Below are positions 39,054-50,300 of a DNA stretch of 64,000 nt, piece by piece. The notes under the pieces were generated by a model. The model ran no database searches and was not told where the DNA came from. It saw nothing but the letters and a program-made list of their open reading frames with translations. Source of the stretch: Auanema rhodensis (Eukaryota; Animalia; Nematoda); the NCBI GenBank assembly GCA_964057225.1, contig OZ059898.1, positions 9,858,001 to 9,922,000 of the forward strand, in the 5' to 3' direction. The number at the start of each line of letters is the position of its first letter. Position 1 is the first letter of the stretch. Both the position numbers and the translations under genes were made by a program.

Positions 39054-40768
39054 TTCGAAAATGTTAGATTGTTTCCGAAAAATTATGAAAGGTCAAGTTC
39101 TACTGATTTGAAGAGAATTGTAAGTTTTAGAAAAGAATTAAAGTTCAGCTATCTCTACTATTAACTGATTATCGGCTAAAATAAGGTAACAGTTTTTATT
39201 GAAAGTTTCCATGATTAAGATTAAACAAAGAAAAAAAATCAAAGAGAAACACTTCTTGTTTACTTATTTGATTATAATACTTGAAATTCCAAAAACAGTA
39301 GAATAAAATAGAGAAAGCGACAAAAAAAGTTGAACGATTTGAAGAGAATTGTAAGTTTTAGAAAAGAATTAAAGTTCAGCTATCTCTACTATTAACTGAT
39401 TATCGGCTAAAATAAGGTAACAGTTTTTATTGAAAGTTTCCATGATCAAGATTAAACAAAATAAAAAATCAAAGAGAAACACTTCTTGTTTACTTACTTG
39501 ATTATAATACTTGAAATTCCAAAAACAGTAAAATAAAATTGAAAAAGCGACAAAAACAGTTGAACGATTTGAAGACAATTGTAAGTTGAAGAATAAAATT
39601 AAGGTTTAGCTCTCTCTACTATTAACTGAATGTCGGCTAAAATATGGTAACAGTTTTTATTAAAAGTTTCCATGATTAAGATTAAACAAAGAAAAAAATC
39701 AAAGAGAAACACTTCTTGTTTACTAATTTGATTATAACACTTGAAATTCCAACAAAAGTAAAGTAAAACTGTTAAAGCGAGTAAAACTGTTGAACAATTT
39801 GAAGACAATTGTAAGTTGAAAAAAAAAATTAAAGTTTAGCTCTCTCTACTATTAACTGAATGTCGGCTAAAATATGATAACAGTTTTCATTAAAAGTTTC
39901 CATGATTAGGATTGAACAAAAAAAAGAATTAAAAAGAAACACTTCTTGTTTACTTACTTGATTATACTACTTGAAATTCGAAAAAAAGTAAAAAACAATT
40001 GAGAAAGCGACATAAACAGTTGAACGATTTGAAGAGAATTGTAAGTTTTAGAAAAGAATTAAAGTTCAGCTATCTCTACTATTAACTGACTATCGGCTAG
40101 AATAAGGTAACAGTTTTTATTGAAAGTTTCCATGATTAAGATTGAACAAAAAAAAAATTAGAGAGAAACACTTCTTGTTTACTTACTTGATTATAATACT
40201 TGAAATTCCAAAAACAGTAAAATAAAATTGAGAAAGCGACAAAAACAGTTGAACGATTTGAAGACAATTGTAAGTTTAAGAAAAGAATTAAAGTTTAGCT
40301 TTGTCTACTATTAACTGATTATCGGCTGAAATATGGTGACAGTTTTTTTTTAAAAGTTTCCATGATTAAGATTAAACAAAGAAAAAAAAATCAAAGAGAA
40401 ACACTTCTTGTTTACTAATTTGATTATAACACTTGAAATTCCAACAAAAGTAAAGTAAAACTGTTAAAGCGAGTAAAACTGTTGAACAATTTGAAGACAA
40501 TTGTAAGTTGAAAAAAAAAATTAAAGTTTAGCTCTCTCTACTATTAACTGAATGTCGGCTAAAATATGATAACAGTTTTTATTAAAAGTTTCCATGATTA
40601 AGATTAAACAAAGAAAAAAAATCAAAGAGAAACACTTCTTGTTTACTAATTTGATTATAACACTTGAAATTCCAACAAAAGTAAAATAAAACTGTGAAAG
40701 CGGGTAAAACTGTTGAACTAAAACAGTCTTTATAAAATATAAATGATATTTTTTTATAAAAGTGAAGT

Positions 40769-40839
40769 TGCATCGGCCGGGAATCGAACCCGGGTCGCCC
40801 GCGTGGCAGGCGAGCATTCTACCACTGAACCACCGATGC
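40769..40839 (-). tRNA. tRNA-Gly(GCC)
   Basis: Consensus copy. Confidence 0.95.
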
Positions 40840-41632
40840 TTCGAAAATGTTAGATTGTTTCCGAAAAATTATGAAAAGTCAAGTTCTACTGATTTGAAGA
40901 GAATTGTTAGTTTTAGAAAATAATTAAAAATAAGTTCTCTCTACTATTAACTGACTATCGGCTAGAATAAGGTAACAGTTTTTATTGAAAGTTTCCATGA
41001 TTAAGATTGAACAAAAAAAAATTAGAGAGAAACACTTCTTGTTTACTTACTTGATTATACTACTTGAAATTCGAAAAAAAGTAAAATAAAATTGAGAAAG
41101 CGACAAAAACAGTTGAACGATTTGAAGACAATTGTAAGTTTAAGAAAAGAATTAAAGTTTAGCTTTGTCTACTATTAACTGATTATCGGCTGAAATATGG
41201 TGACAGTTTTTTTTTAAAAGTTTCCATGATTAAGATTAAACAAAGAAAAAAAAATCAAAGAGAAACACTTCTTGTTTACTAATTTGATTATAACACTTGA
41301 AATTCCAACAAAAGTAAAGTAAAACTGTTAAAGCGAGTAAAACTGTTGAACAATTTGAAGACAATTGTAAGTTGAAAAAAAAAATTAAAGTTTAGCTCTC
41401 TCTACTATTAACTGAATGTCGGCTAAAATATGATAACAGTTTTTAGTAAAAGTTTCCATGATTAAGATTAAACAAAGAAAAAAAATCAAAGAGAAACACT
41501 TCTTGTTTACTAATTTGATTATAACACTTGAAATTCCAACAAAAGTAAAATAAAACTGTGAAAGCGGGTAAAACTGTTGAACTAAAACAGTCTTTATAAA
41601 ATATAAATGATATTTTTTTATAAAAGTGAAGT

Positions 41633-41703
41633 TGCATCGGCCGGGAATCGAACCCGGGTCGCCCGCGTGGCAGGCGAGCATTCTACCACTGAACCACCGA
41701 TGC
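41633..41703 (-). tRNA. tRNA-Gly(GCC)
   Basis: Consensus copy. Confidence 0.95.
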
Positions 41704-42262
41704 TTCGAAAATGTTAGATTGTTTCCGAAAAATTATGAAAAGTCAAGTTCTACTGATTTGAAGAGAATTGTTAGTTTTAGAAAATAATTAAAAATAAGTT
41801 CTCTCTACTATTAACTGATTGTCGGCTAAAATATGGTAACAGTTTTTATAAAAAGTTTCCATGATTAGGATTAAACAAAAAAAAGAATTAAAAAGAAACA
41901 CTTCTTGTTTACTTACTTGATTATACTACTTGAAATTCGAAAAAAAGTAAAAAACAATTGAGAAAGCGACATAAACAGTTGAACGATTTGAAGAGAATTG
42001 TAAGTTTTAGAAAAGAATTAAAGTTCAGCTATCTCTACTATTAACTGACTATCGGCTAGAATAAGGTAACAGTTTTTATTGAAAGTTTCCATGATTAAGA
42101 TTGAACGAAAAAAAATTAGAGAGAAACACTTCTTGTTTACTTACTTGATTATAATACTTGAAATTCCAAAAACAGTAAAATAAAACTGTGAAAGCGGGTA
42201 AAACTGTTGAACTAAAACAGTCTTTATAAAATATAAATGATATTTTTTTATAAAAGTGAAGT

Positions 42263-42333
42263 TGCATCGGCCGGGAATCGAACCCGGGTCGCCCGCGTGG
42301 CAGGCGAGCATTCTACCACTGAACCACCGATGC
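42263..42333 (-). tRNA. tRNA-Gly(GCC)
   Basis: Consensus copy. Confidence 0.95.
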
Positions 42334-42566
42334 TTCGAAAATGTTAGATTGTTTCCGAAAAATTATGAAAAGTCAAGTTCTACTGATTTGAAGAGAATTG
42401 TTAGTTTTAGAAAATAATTAAAAATAAGTTCTCTCTACTATTAACTGATTGTCGGCTAAAATATGGTAACAGTTTTTATAAAAAGTTTCCATGATTAGGA
42501 TTAAACAAAAAAAAGAATTAAAAAGAAACACTTCTTGTTTACTTACTTGATTATACTACTTGAAAT

Positions 42567-42924
42567 CGTTCCATTCGGATGATCAATGCATTACATTCAT
42601 ATGACGAAGCTGTAGCAGGCGGGTTAGAGTCAGAGAATGCGAGACTGAGAGAAGACGACCCGCCCTTTTCCATATTACAACACTTCAGCTTTGCCTCAGG
42701 GACGATCATGGATGGTTGGTCGTTCTCTCTCTGTTCTCTATTAGTTTAACCTTTACTTAGTTATATGTATCTTATTGTAATCACGTAGATATAATAAACC
42801 AATCTTTCTCGAGTCTTATGTTTATCCTTATGCTCCATGTTTAACCGCTACATCTGGAATACTACCACGCTCATCTTGTAGACTCCATTGGTCTGTAAGA
42901 TCGACGCGGGAGCATAACGGAACG
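42567..42924 (+). repeat. 5' LTR of element B
   Basis: Direct repeat of 53871-54228; termini CGTTCC...GGAACG; AATAAA near 42793. Confidence 0.97.
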
Positions 42925-42944
42925 TGGAGGTTCCACCTCGAACT
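42925..42944 (+). promoter_or_regulatory. Primer-binding site (tRNA-Gln), element B
   Basis: TGGAGGTTCCACC-TCGAACT abutting the LTR. Confidence 0.87.
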
Positions 42945-43380
42945 TATCACAATTTTTTTTTCCTTCTCTTTAATGTTTGTGTTGTTAATTCATTTTCAAA
43001 TTTCTTTCATCTCTCTTTTTCTCATACCATCTACCCTATGTCTTAACACAATACGGAGGGGCCAACAACGTTAAATGGGAACAGAGGCAAGGAATCCTTT
43101 TTTTTTTAAAGAAGGATTATACGTTTCGAGATTATTATTTTCCCGTTTGTTCACAAAAATTCTTTCGTCTGAACCTTTAAATTTCGTATCCTTGCTTATA
43201 ACATCTGAAATGCTCTGTTACCCAACCTTGAAGCTTGATGAGGGCTTTAGGCTGAATTAGTGAACAAATTCACCTAAAGTAATTGTTATTTCGTATTTCC
43301 CACGCTTTCTCCTTTTTAAGGATTAATTTTGGCTTCAAGGAAAGAATAACTTCGGTTATATCTTTATATTTCGTGGATGA

Positions 43381-43690
43381 AGTTTGTTTTGCGATCAGGA
43401 CTATTTTATTTTGCGTTACGATTTCGTTCAGACAAATTTTGCTTCTAACATCCTAAATTTATAATCAGTACGCATGAAAAAAAATTACACGGGAAACCTC
43501 ACCAAAAAGGGAGGATTGTTAATTTATAGATCGCTATAGTCCGAAAAATCCTGTTGAAAAATGTTATCTCGAATTTGAATCATGATTAACACAGGTCGTG
43601 TTGGCTAAAGCATATCGGTTTGGATTTTCTCCCCTTACTGAATGTCACCTTCCTCATACCGTTATTGTTGTTCAGAAGCATAAGACTCAC
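43381..43690 (+). promoter_or_regulatory. Conserved structured RNA element in the 5' leader of element B
   Basis: Homologous to 9110-9390 (minus) with covarying stems. Confidence 0.65.
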
Positions 43691-44378
43691 GCATTGAACC
43701 TTATTCCAACTTTAATACTAGTTCTTGTAATATTTAGCCATTTAACTCTGCTTTTATTTCAAAATTCGATTTCTGATCACGAAATACCTACATTCATCAT
43801 TGCGAAACGCTCTTTTGTAAAACTAATATTACGAATCCCATGACTTTTGTTACAACGAAACATGCGAGCTACACCAAATGTATTTGAAAACCAGATTGTA
43901 AAGAAACAAAAATTATTTTTGGTGACAAAAGAGAAATTGGTGCACATTTATTGTTAAACTGCTCTTTTATCAAAAGCATGTTACGAATTACACCATAAGT
44001 TTTGTTGCAAGATGACACACCACATGGCCGAGAAACTAGTGTAACAAAACATAAGTTTAGTCAGCATGAGGAAAATGGTTGCATACAAATCAGTAAAATG
44101 TGCTGTAATTGAACGAATATTACGAATTACACTAAACGTTTTGTAAAATAACAGCTTGGTCACCCCAGATGTTTTGTGAATCAGATTTTCAACTACAGAG
44201 AAAATACGGAGAGCACCAGAGTCCCGATATCACACAGTAGAAGGCGGATCCATCGCCATTGGCCAAGGCATCGACCTCATTCTCACAAGTTGTCGATACG
44301 ACACCGGTCGCTCTCCAAAGCCTTTCTCATTTTGCCTACATCCTCATCCTTATTCACCGCATTCTTTAACGTCTCAAC

Positions 44379-47300
44379 ATCCCACACGTTACCAAGCACT
44401 CAAGGTTTTTTCAAACCAAGAGTTCTAGCAAGGTGGCTAAGAGATTCCATTCAGCCGTACCTATAAGTACGCATTTCGATTCCCAAGACTCAGCTCCCTT
44501 TACCAGAAGTCGAGCTCGAGCTCAAGACGTCGCTATATTAGAAGAGGAGCAGAAAGTCGACAAGAAGCCGGATAATTTCCTTATTCCTACTACTGATTCT
44601 GTCTCACCTACTGAACAACTAGGCGACCCGGACTACGTACCTACTATAGAAGAAGAACTATCAATCATTGTGGAGGAACAAACACCGATCACTCCTAAAA
44701 AGGTACGCTCCTCTAATTCTAATAAAAATAAGAAAAATCAAAACATCAGCGACGCTTCTCTCTCTCTCTCACTAACCGAACCAACCGATTCCCCTTTACT
44801 TTCAAAAACTTCTAGCGCGGGTGGGCTTAGTTCTCTTAGAAACATTGTTACTGATCTTTTTAACCTTTCGCCTAAAGATAAAACTTTCAACACCAAGCGC
44901 AAAAGCAGATATTCATCAGTCCCTAACATTAATATCTCACCAATTCAACCACCTGCACCAAATACCAGTATTCATCAAACTTCTACTCCCATCTTAACAA
45001 CAACAGACTCACTTCCTAAGGCACCCAATAGACCTATTCCATCCACGCAAACAACCCCTATTTTGGAGACCCCACCAATAACAGGTAGAACGATCAAAAT
45101 ACCATCTACCCGTACGAATAACATCATGACGGAAGCTGTTTCCTCACTACCTGGGGCAGGGAAAACAACAATCGCGCAAGCCTTACTTTCGCCTTACTGT
45201 CCAACTTACGACGGCAGTCGTAACTTCCGTGATTTTACGGGTAAATTCAACTTGTTTGCTAATGCCATTGGCCTTGTTATCCCTGAAAGGTTAGCACTTC
45301 TTCCTTTGCTTCTCAAAAATGAAGCAGCAGAAGAAGCTTACAGACAAGTTCCTGAACAACTTAAAACAACTGGTTCGTGGAATGATCTGATTAGAGCACT
45401 AACATCGAAGCTCTGCCCTGAATATAACCAAGACCCTGCACTTATTAACCTTCAAAACACCACGCAAGGGGAATTGACAATTGATGCATACGCCCAAGCA
45501 TTAAGAACAATGGCATTGAGTGCATTTGCATCTGATGACCCACATAAAGATCAAATACTGAGATCAACATTCCTCAGAGGACTTAAAAATTCTCTAAAAC
45601 CAGCTGTGATCCGAGCAAAGCCAAAATCCTTCACAGAAGCGATTGAAGCAGCTCGCTGGGAGGAATCGATAGTGAACCAAACAACAGACACGCAATCGAT
45701 GTTGGTCAACGCTGTGAACAAAGCACTAGCACCCTTTGCGCGTAATGATGAGAGACGAGATAGCCAAACATTTAATCGCAATTATCAACGCGATAACCAA
45801 ATGATAAGAAATAATCAAAATTATCAAAATAATCAAAATTATCAAAATTATCAAAAAAATAAAAACTTTTCTAATTTCAATAATAATCGAAACCGTTACG
45901 GTTCTTTCGCTAATAATAATCGCCGTACAAATTATAACGAACAAGATAATAGGCAATCGAGTTCTGATTGGCATCAAAGAAATTATAATTTTCGTCATAA
46001 CAACCAACGAGGTAGATTCAATAACAACAACGGACAAAGAAGAGTTCAATTCAAAAATCCAAGAGACAACTCAAGAGGAAGAGATAGAAGCTCAACAAGA
46101 ATAAACTCTGTCACCCTTTCGCCTTTGACGCTCACAGTTATCATGGCAATAACAACAGCAATATTCTTGCCCTGTGCATCTACATATCAAATCTGTACAA
46201 GAGCAACAGGAGGCGCATTACTTATGCCACCAACAATCAGAAAATGCAGATTAACAGAGAAAAACCATGTGCTACGTACAGAAGTTCATCTGTACACAAG
46301 AAATCACACAGCACACGAATGGGATGCGTGGCGTTGTTCAGAGGAAGTACACAAGTTATGCGTACGAGACCTGCTATTCCTCCGCGATACGAACAGAACA
46401 ATAAATAGAATACAGCCTATAGGAGAGCGCGAATGCAGACAGGCGATCCGCGATCGCAAGTGGAATAACATAGAACTGCAACGCATTGATAGTATCACCC
46501 AAGCAACTCCGGAGCCCTCCTATGACCCAGCGCGCGCGTTCAACCGCGACGCGTGCGAGGAGCGGTCACGTCTAATATTAGAGCGCGGAGTCATGACCCG
46601 TATGCCTGACGATACAATATTGTCAAACTTAATATTAAACACGGAAGGATGCAATGCACATCATGGTAATTGTGAATCAAGTACATCAATAATAATATGG
46701 GACCCACAAACCACTGCTTCACGTTGTAATTACATCGATATGCATACATATGACGCTATCATTAGTCAAGATACTATTTTAATCCCTAGTACACAATCGG
46801 CACTTATTCTTTCAAGCAAACCAACTCCGAAACCTATTTCTTCTTGCTTCAGGCAGCCAGCGTTCCATACGACATCAGGAAATTATATCATTCTTCCTAA
46901 ATTTCCAAACGACAACAATATAACCACCCTTATTGAAAGAGAGTTCAAAAAGCTGCCGTTTAAAAGACCAAAACGTGCAGTCACCGAAGGATGTTCTTTC
47001 CCACTGGATCAAGATCGGATCAACGAAGTTGAAGATTATGAAACAGTATTGCTTCACGTCTGTCCATATACTTTCCTAAGACCATTAATGAGTAATCCCG
47101 GTATTACTTCAATTATTCCTATAATCAAAGGAAGACGTTTAGTAGATCCAACATACTCTCTAAAGGCATGGATAACATCACATAAAAAAAAATTCGAATT
47201 TTTCTTCAGAATTCAAATAAATGAACATTCTGTTCGACATTTTCTCAAGCAATACGATTTCAGTGATAAAAAAGAAGCTCTGCTATATTATATAGCACAA

Positions 47301-50300
47301 AGAGAATTAGCCATTACTACAAAGGCAGCAATATCATACTTAACATCTGAACAGCTTCTCGAACAAATATCAGATCGTTTGACAGTAATCGAATTCGATG
47401 AAATCATAAGGAAGAAAGAAGGTTCATATCGCGAACGAATTGAAAGCATAGCTCTCAATTTAACCAATACACCAGTTATAATTGAAGAAGGACTGACAGT
47501 TCCATCACGACAAGAAGTCCTACAAACGTTCATACAAATGCCACCAATAAGGAAACGTATACTAACTGACGAGGAAGAGAAGAAAAGCGAATTCATTAAG
47601 GCAACGATCAATTTACTAAGAGAACTAAAAACCCTCACAACAGTACGATGGAATAAAACTGCAGCATTTATTGATGACAGAAAATTTATAAAATTGCCAG
47701 CATCACGACAATTCATGCCAAATACAGATAAACTATTTTATGACAGGAAGAATAATTATGGAATACCGATCGGTCCACACCCTAAGCTGATCAAGCCCAG
47801 CAATCTTTCAAAGAAATTATTATTGGAAATATTTTTACCCCTGCTCAATAATGTAAAAACACCTTATACATCGAGTAGGATAACACAAGAACAACTTCAA
47901 ATCTTAATGGCAGAGAAAAATGAAACAAATTTTCGGCAAATCGCAACGCGGACATCCAGCGTCGCGGCAGGCGGCGCGGCTAGCGGCGCGGTTGTGACAC
48001 CAGTCCAACCTTTGATCGAACAGAAGGGAACAATCCAATCAGTTACCACAATACAGCCGCATATAACGAACAATCCTCACACAAATGCAACAACCACCAC
48101 AAGAGCACCATCATGGAGGCAACAGCCATCAACAACGGCGCCTCACACGACCGCTGCGACAACAGCACGCACAACAACATCAACCGCTCGTTCGCCAACA
48201 ACAACAAGAAGCTATGCCATATACAAAGACGCACAGATTCCAAAAATACAAGAGACAACCGAAGCCTCTCCAACATTGATTCGAAAAAACCGAGCTTCCT
48301 CAACACCATCAGTAGAAACCTCAAATTTAGTGGAAGCAAATGCGAGATACATAGCAACGAAAATTGACTCGGTACAAGAGTTTCGTCAAAATATATCGAA
48401 CAAAATAGCCCAAGATCATTTACAGTATGCTACTACAATGATCCAAGAGGAATTGCAGAAACATTTTGAAGAATCATACGAATCGATTTGCGAGATACAA
48501 AATCGGTATCTGGAATTATGGAAATCAATTCTACAAATTGAACCAACAATCGCAATGCGAACAATACTGGGAAGAGAAGATATAGCCGCACGGTTTGTAG
48601 GCAATGAAATTTTGCATATACATGTATGCCCTACAGTGCTAGAGAAAACCATTTATCACAATCACACCGTAAATGGCACATGCTATCTCGAAACCCCAGT
48701 CTGGACACAAGACGGACAGTTACTGTTTGCAGCACCCGGATCCAAGGATCTTTTACCTCATGGTAAAGAAATAAGCTGTGATCACGTACCAAGAGATATC
48801 TGGTCTAGCGAAGGTGAATGGAAAGGAATTAATGGGACTGCAGACGTCAATCTTGTATCAATGTGGGACGGACTTCATCACGAAAAAATAACACCATTAA
48901 AATTCACCGGAGCTCACTTATACACTAATTTATCGTCTCGTGTATACTCAATGACCACAGCCATAGCTTACGGTGCGAGTTTAGCATCGATTCGTCAGAA
49001 TCACGTTCTTCACACAATTCACAATGATCCAAAGATATCAGCTACATTCAGTGTACTAAAGAAAAGTAGCGACTACATATCGAAAGCTCAAGAATTCACC
49101 AAGAGCACATGGAAGTCATTCATCGATACAATTGCAGGAACGATTGAGCGAACACTAATAACGATCGGTGCAATTACATTATTTACCATCATACTCTTTG
49201 TGATAGGTTTCATTGTAAAGATCTATTTCTTCAAACCAGTAGGCATACCAGTTATGCATATTGCACTCAAAGATCACGACAGTGATCTACCAACATACGA
49301 AGAAACTTTGGAATTAGTTAGTCATCCGGATCAACCGATTCCAAGACACATAATGAAACAATACTATCCATCAATGCTCACATTCATACCAATCGCACTA
49401 CCATTAGTTTGCACGATTTCCAAAAAGAAAGATCAAGCACTACCACTTCTATGGATGACTGTTAATGATAGACTGATCCTAACTTTATGGGACTCAGGTT
49501 CGTCCGTCAGTTACATAAGAATATCGACACTACACTACTTAGCTTTGAATGACTTTGTTAAGAAGAATACATTAAGAGCAACAACAGCGAACGGATCAGA
49601 ATTTGTATTCATTGGTACTATCGACTTAACCGTCGAAATAGCCGGTTACGAAATCGACCATACATTCTTCATATCAGACGACAAAGACTGTCCATCGCCA
49701 GCGTTGATTGGATTAGATTTCATGAAAACACTTGACTGTCAAAACATTGGCATGAAACTAAGACCATACAAAAGAACACTGGAAATTGGAAATCATGTAG
49801 TACCTTTGGCTAGCGGAATTAACGGGGATATTAACAGGATATCAAAAACTGTTAATTTGATAACCTTGGAGCCGCGGAGTCTACTTCCTCGACAAGTTTT
49901 TAATTTCCAAGTCCAATTAGAGAACCCAATCGGAGAAGACTTAATCGCTATGATTAAACCAAACGACAGTACTCCTCTCTCACCTCGATACGACACAGCA
50001 TTTCGCGATGTTAACTCCATCAATATCCAATTCCGGAACAATTCTAAAGAATTCATAGAAATACCGGCCGGCACTGTGATTGCAGAAGCCGAAATAGGAT
50101 CTATACCGGACTATGAAATCTTCTCAACAGAACAACAGTACGACTATATTCCACCAGAAGCAGACTGGGAAGGCAAATTACCTCACTTCCCTGGTGATTT
50201 CATGAAAGAACTTGACCTAAAAGAGGCTGATCTTACGCAACGACAAAAAGACGAACTACGAAACATCATTCGTCAACGTAAGAAGGCATTCCTCAATGAA

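Larger units (their letters stand above)
10135..42566. repeat. tRNA-Gly tandem array, block 1: ~232-bp AT-rich subrepeats with 34 tRNA cassettes
   Basis: Recurrent monomer (CTACTATTAACTGA...GTTTCCATGATTAAG...GAAACACTTCTTGTTTAC...GTTGAACGATTTGAAG). tRNA spacings are mostly ~633, ~863 or ~1095 bp, i.e. a 172-bp cassette plus n monomers. Confidence 0.97.

Noticed and set aside
10135-42566. CRISPR-like repeat/spacer array
   Set aside because: The spacers are themselves near-identical repeats, the conserved unit is a tRNA gene, there are no cas genes and the context is eukaryotic.
42925-42944. Idea that the elements prime on the arrayed tRNA-Gly
   Set aside because: The PBS would have to read TGGTGCATCGG; it matches tRNA-Gln instead.
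43391-43545. Group I intron or hammerhead ribozyme in the leader (GACTA/TAGTCC, CGGGAAA, GAAA)
   Set aside because: Motif order does not fit P-Q-R-S and there is no CTGATGA core; kept only as an unclassified structure.
45141-45185. Walker A-like LPGAGKT/S-TIAQAL at the start of Gag in A and B
   Set aside because: It lacks the first Gly/Ala and the preceding beta-strand, and no other P-loop NTPase motifs follow; treated as a conserved Gag N-terminal peptide.
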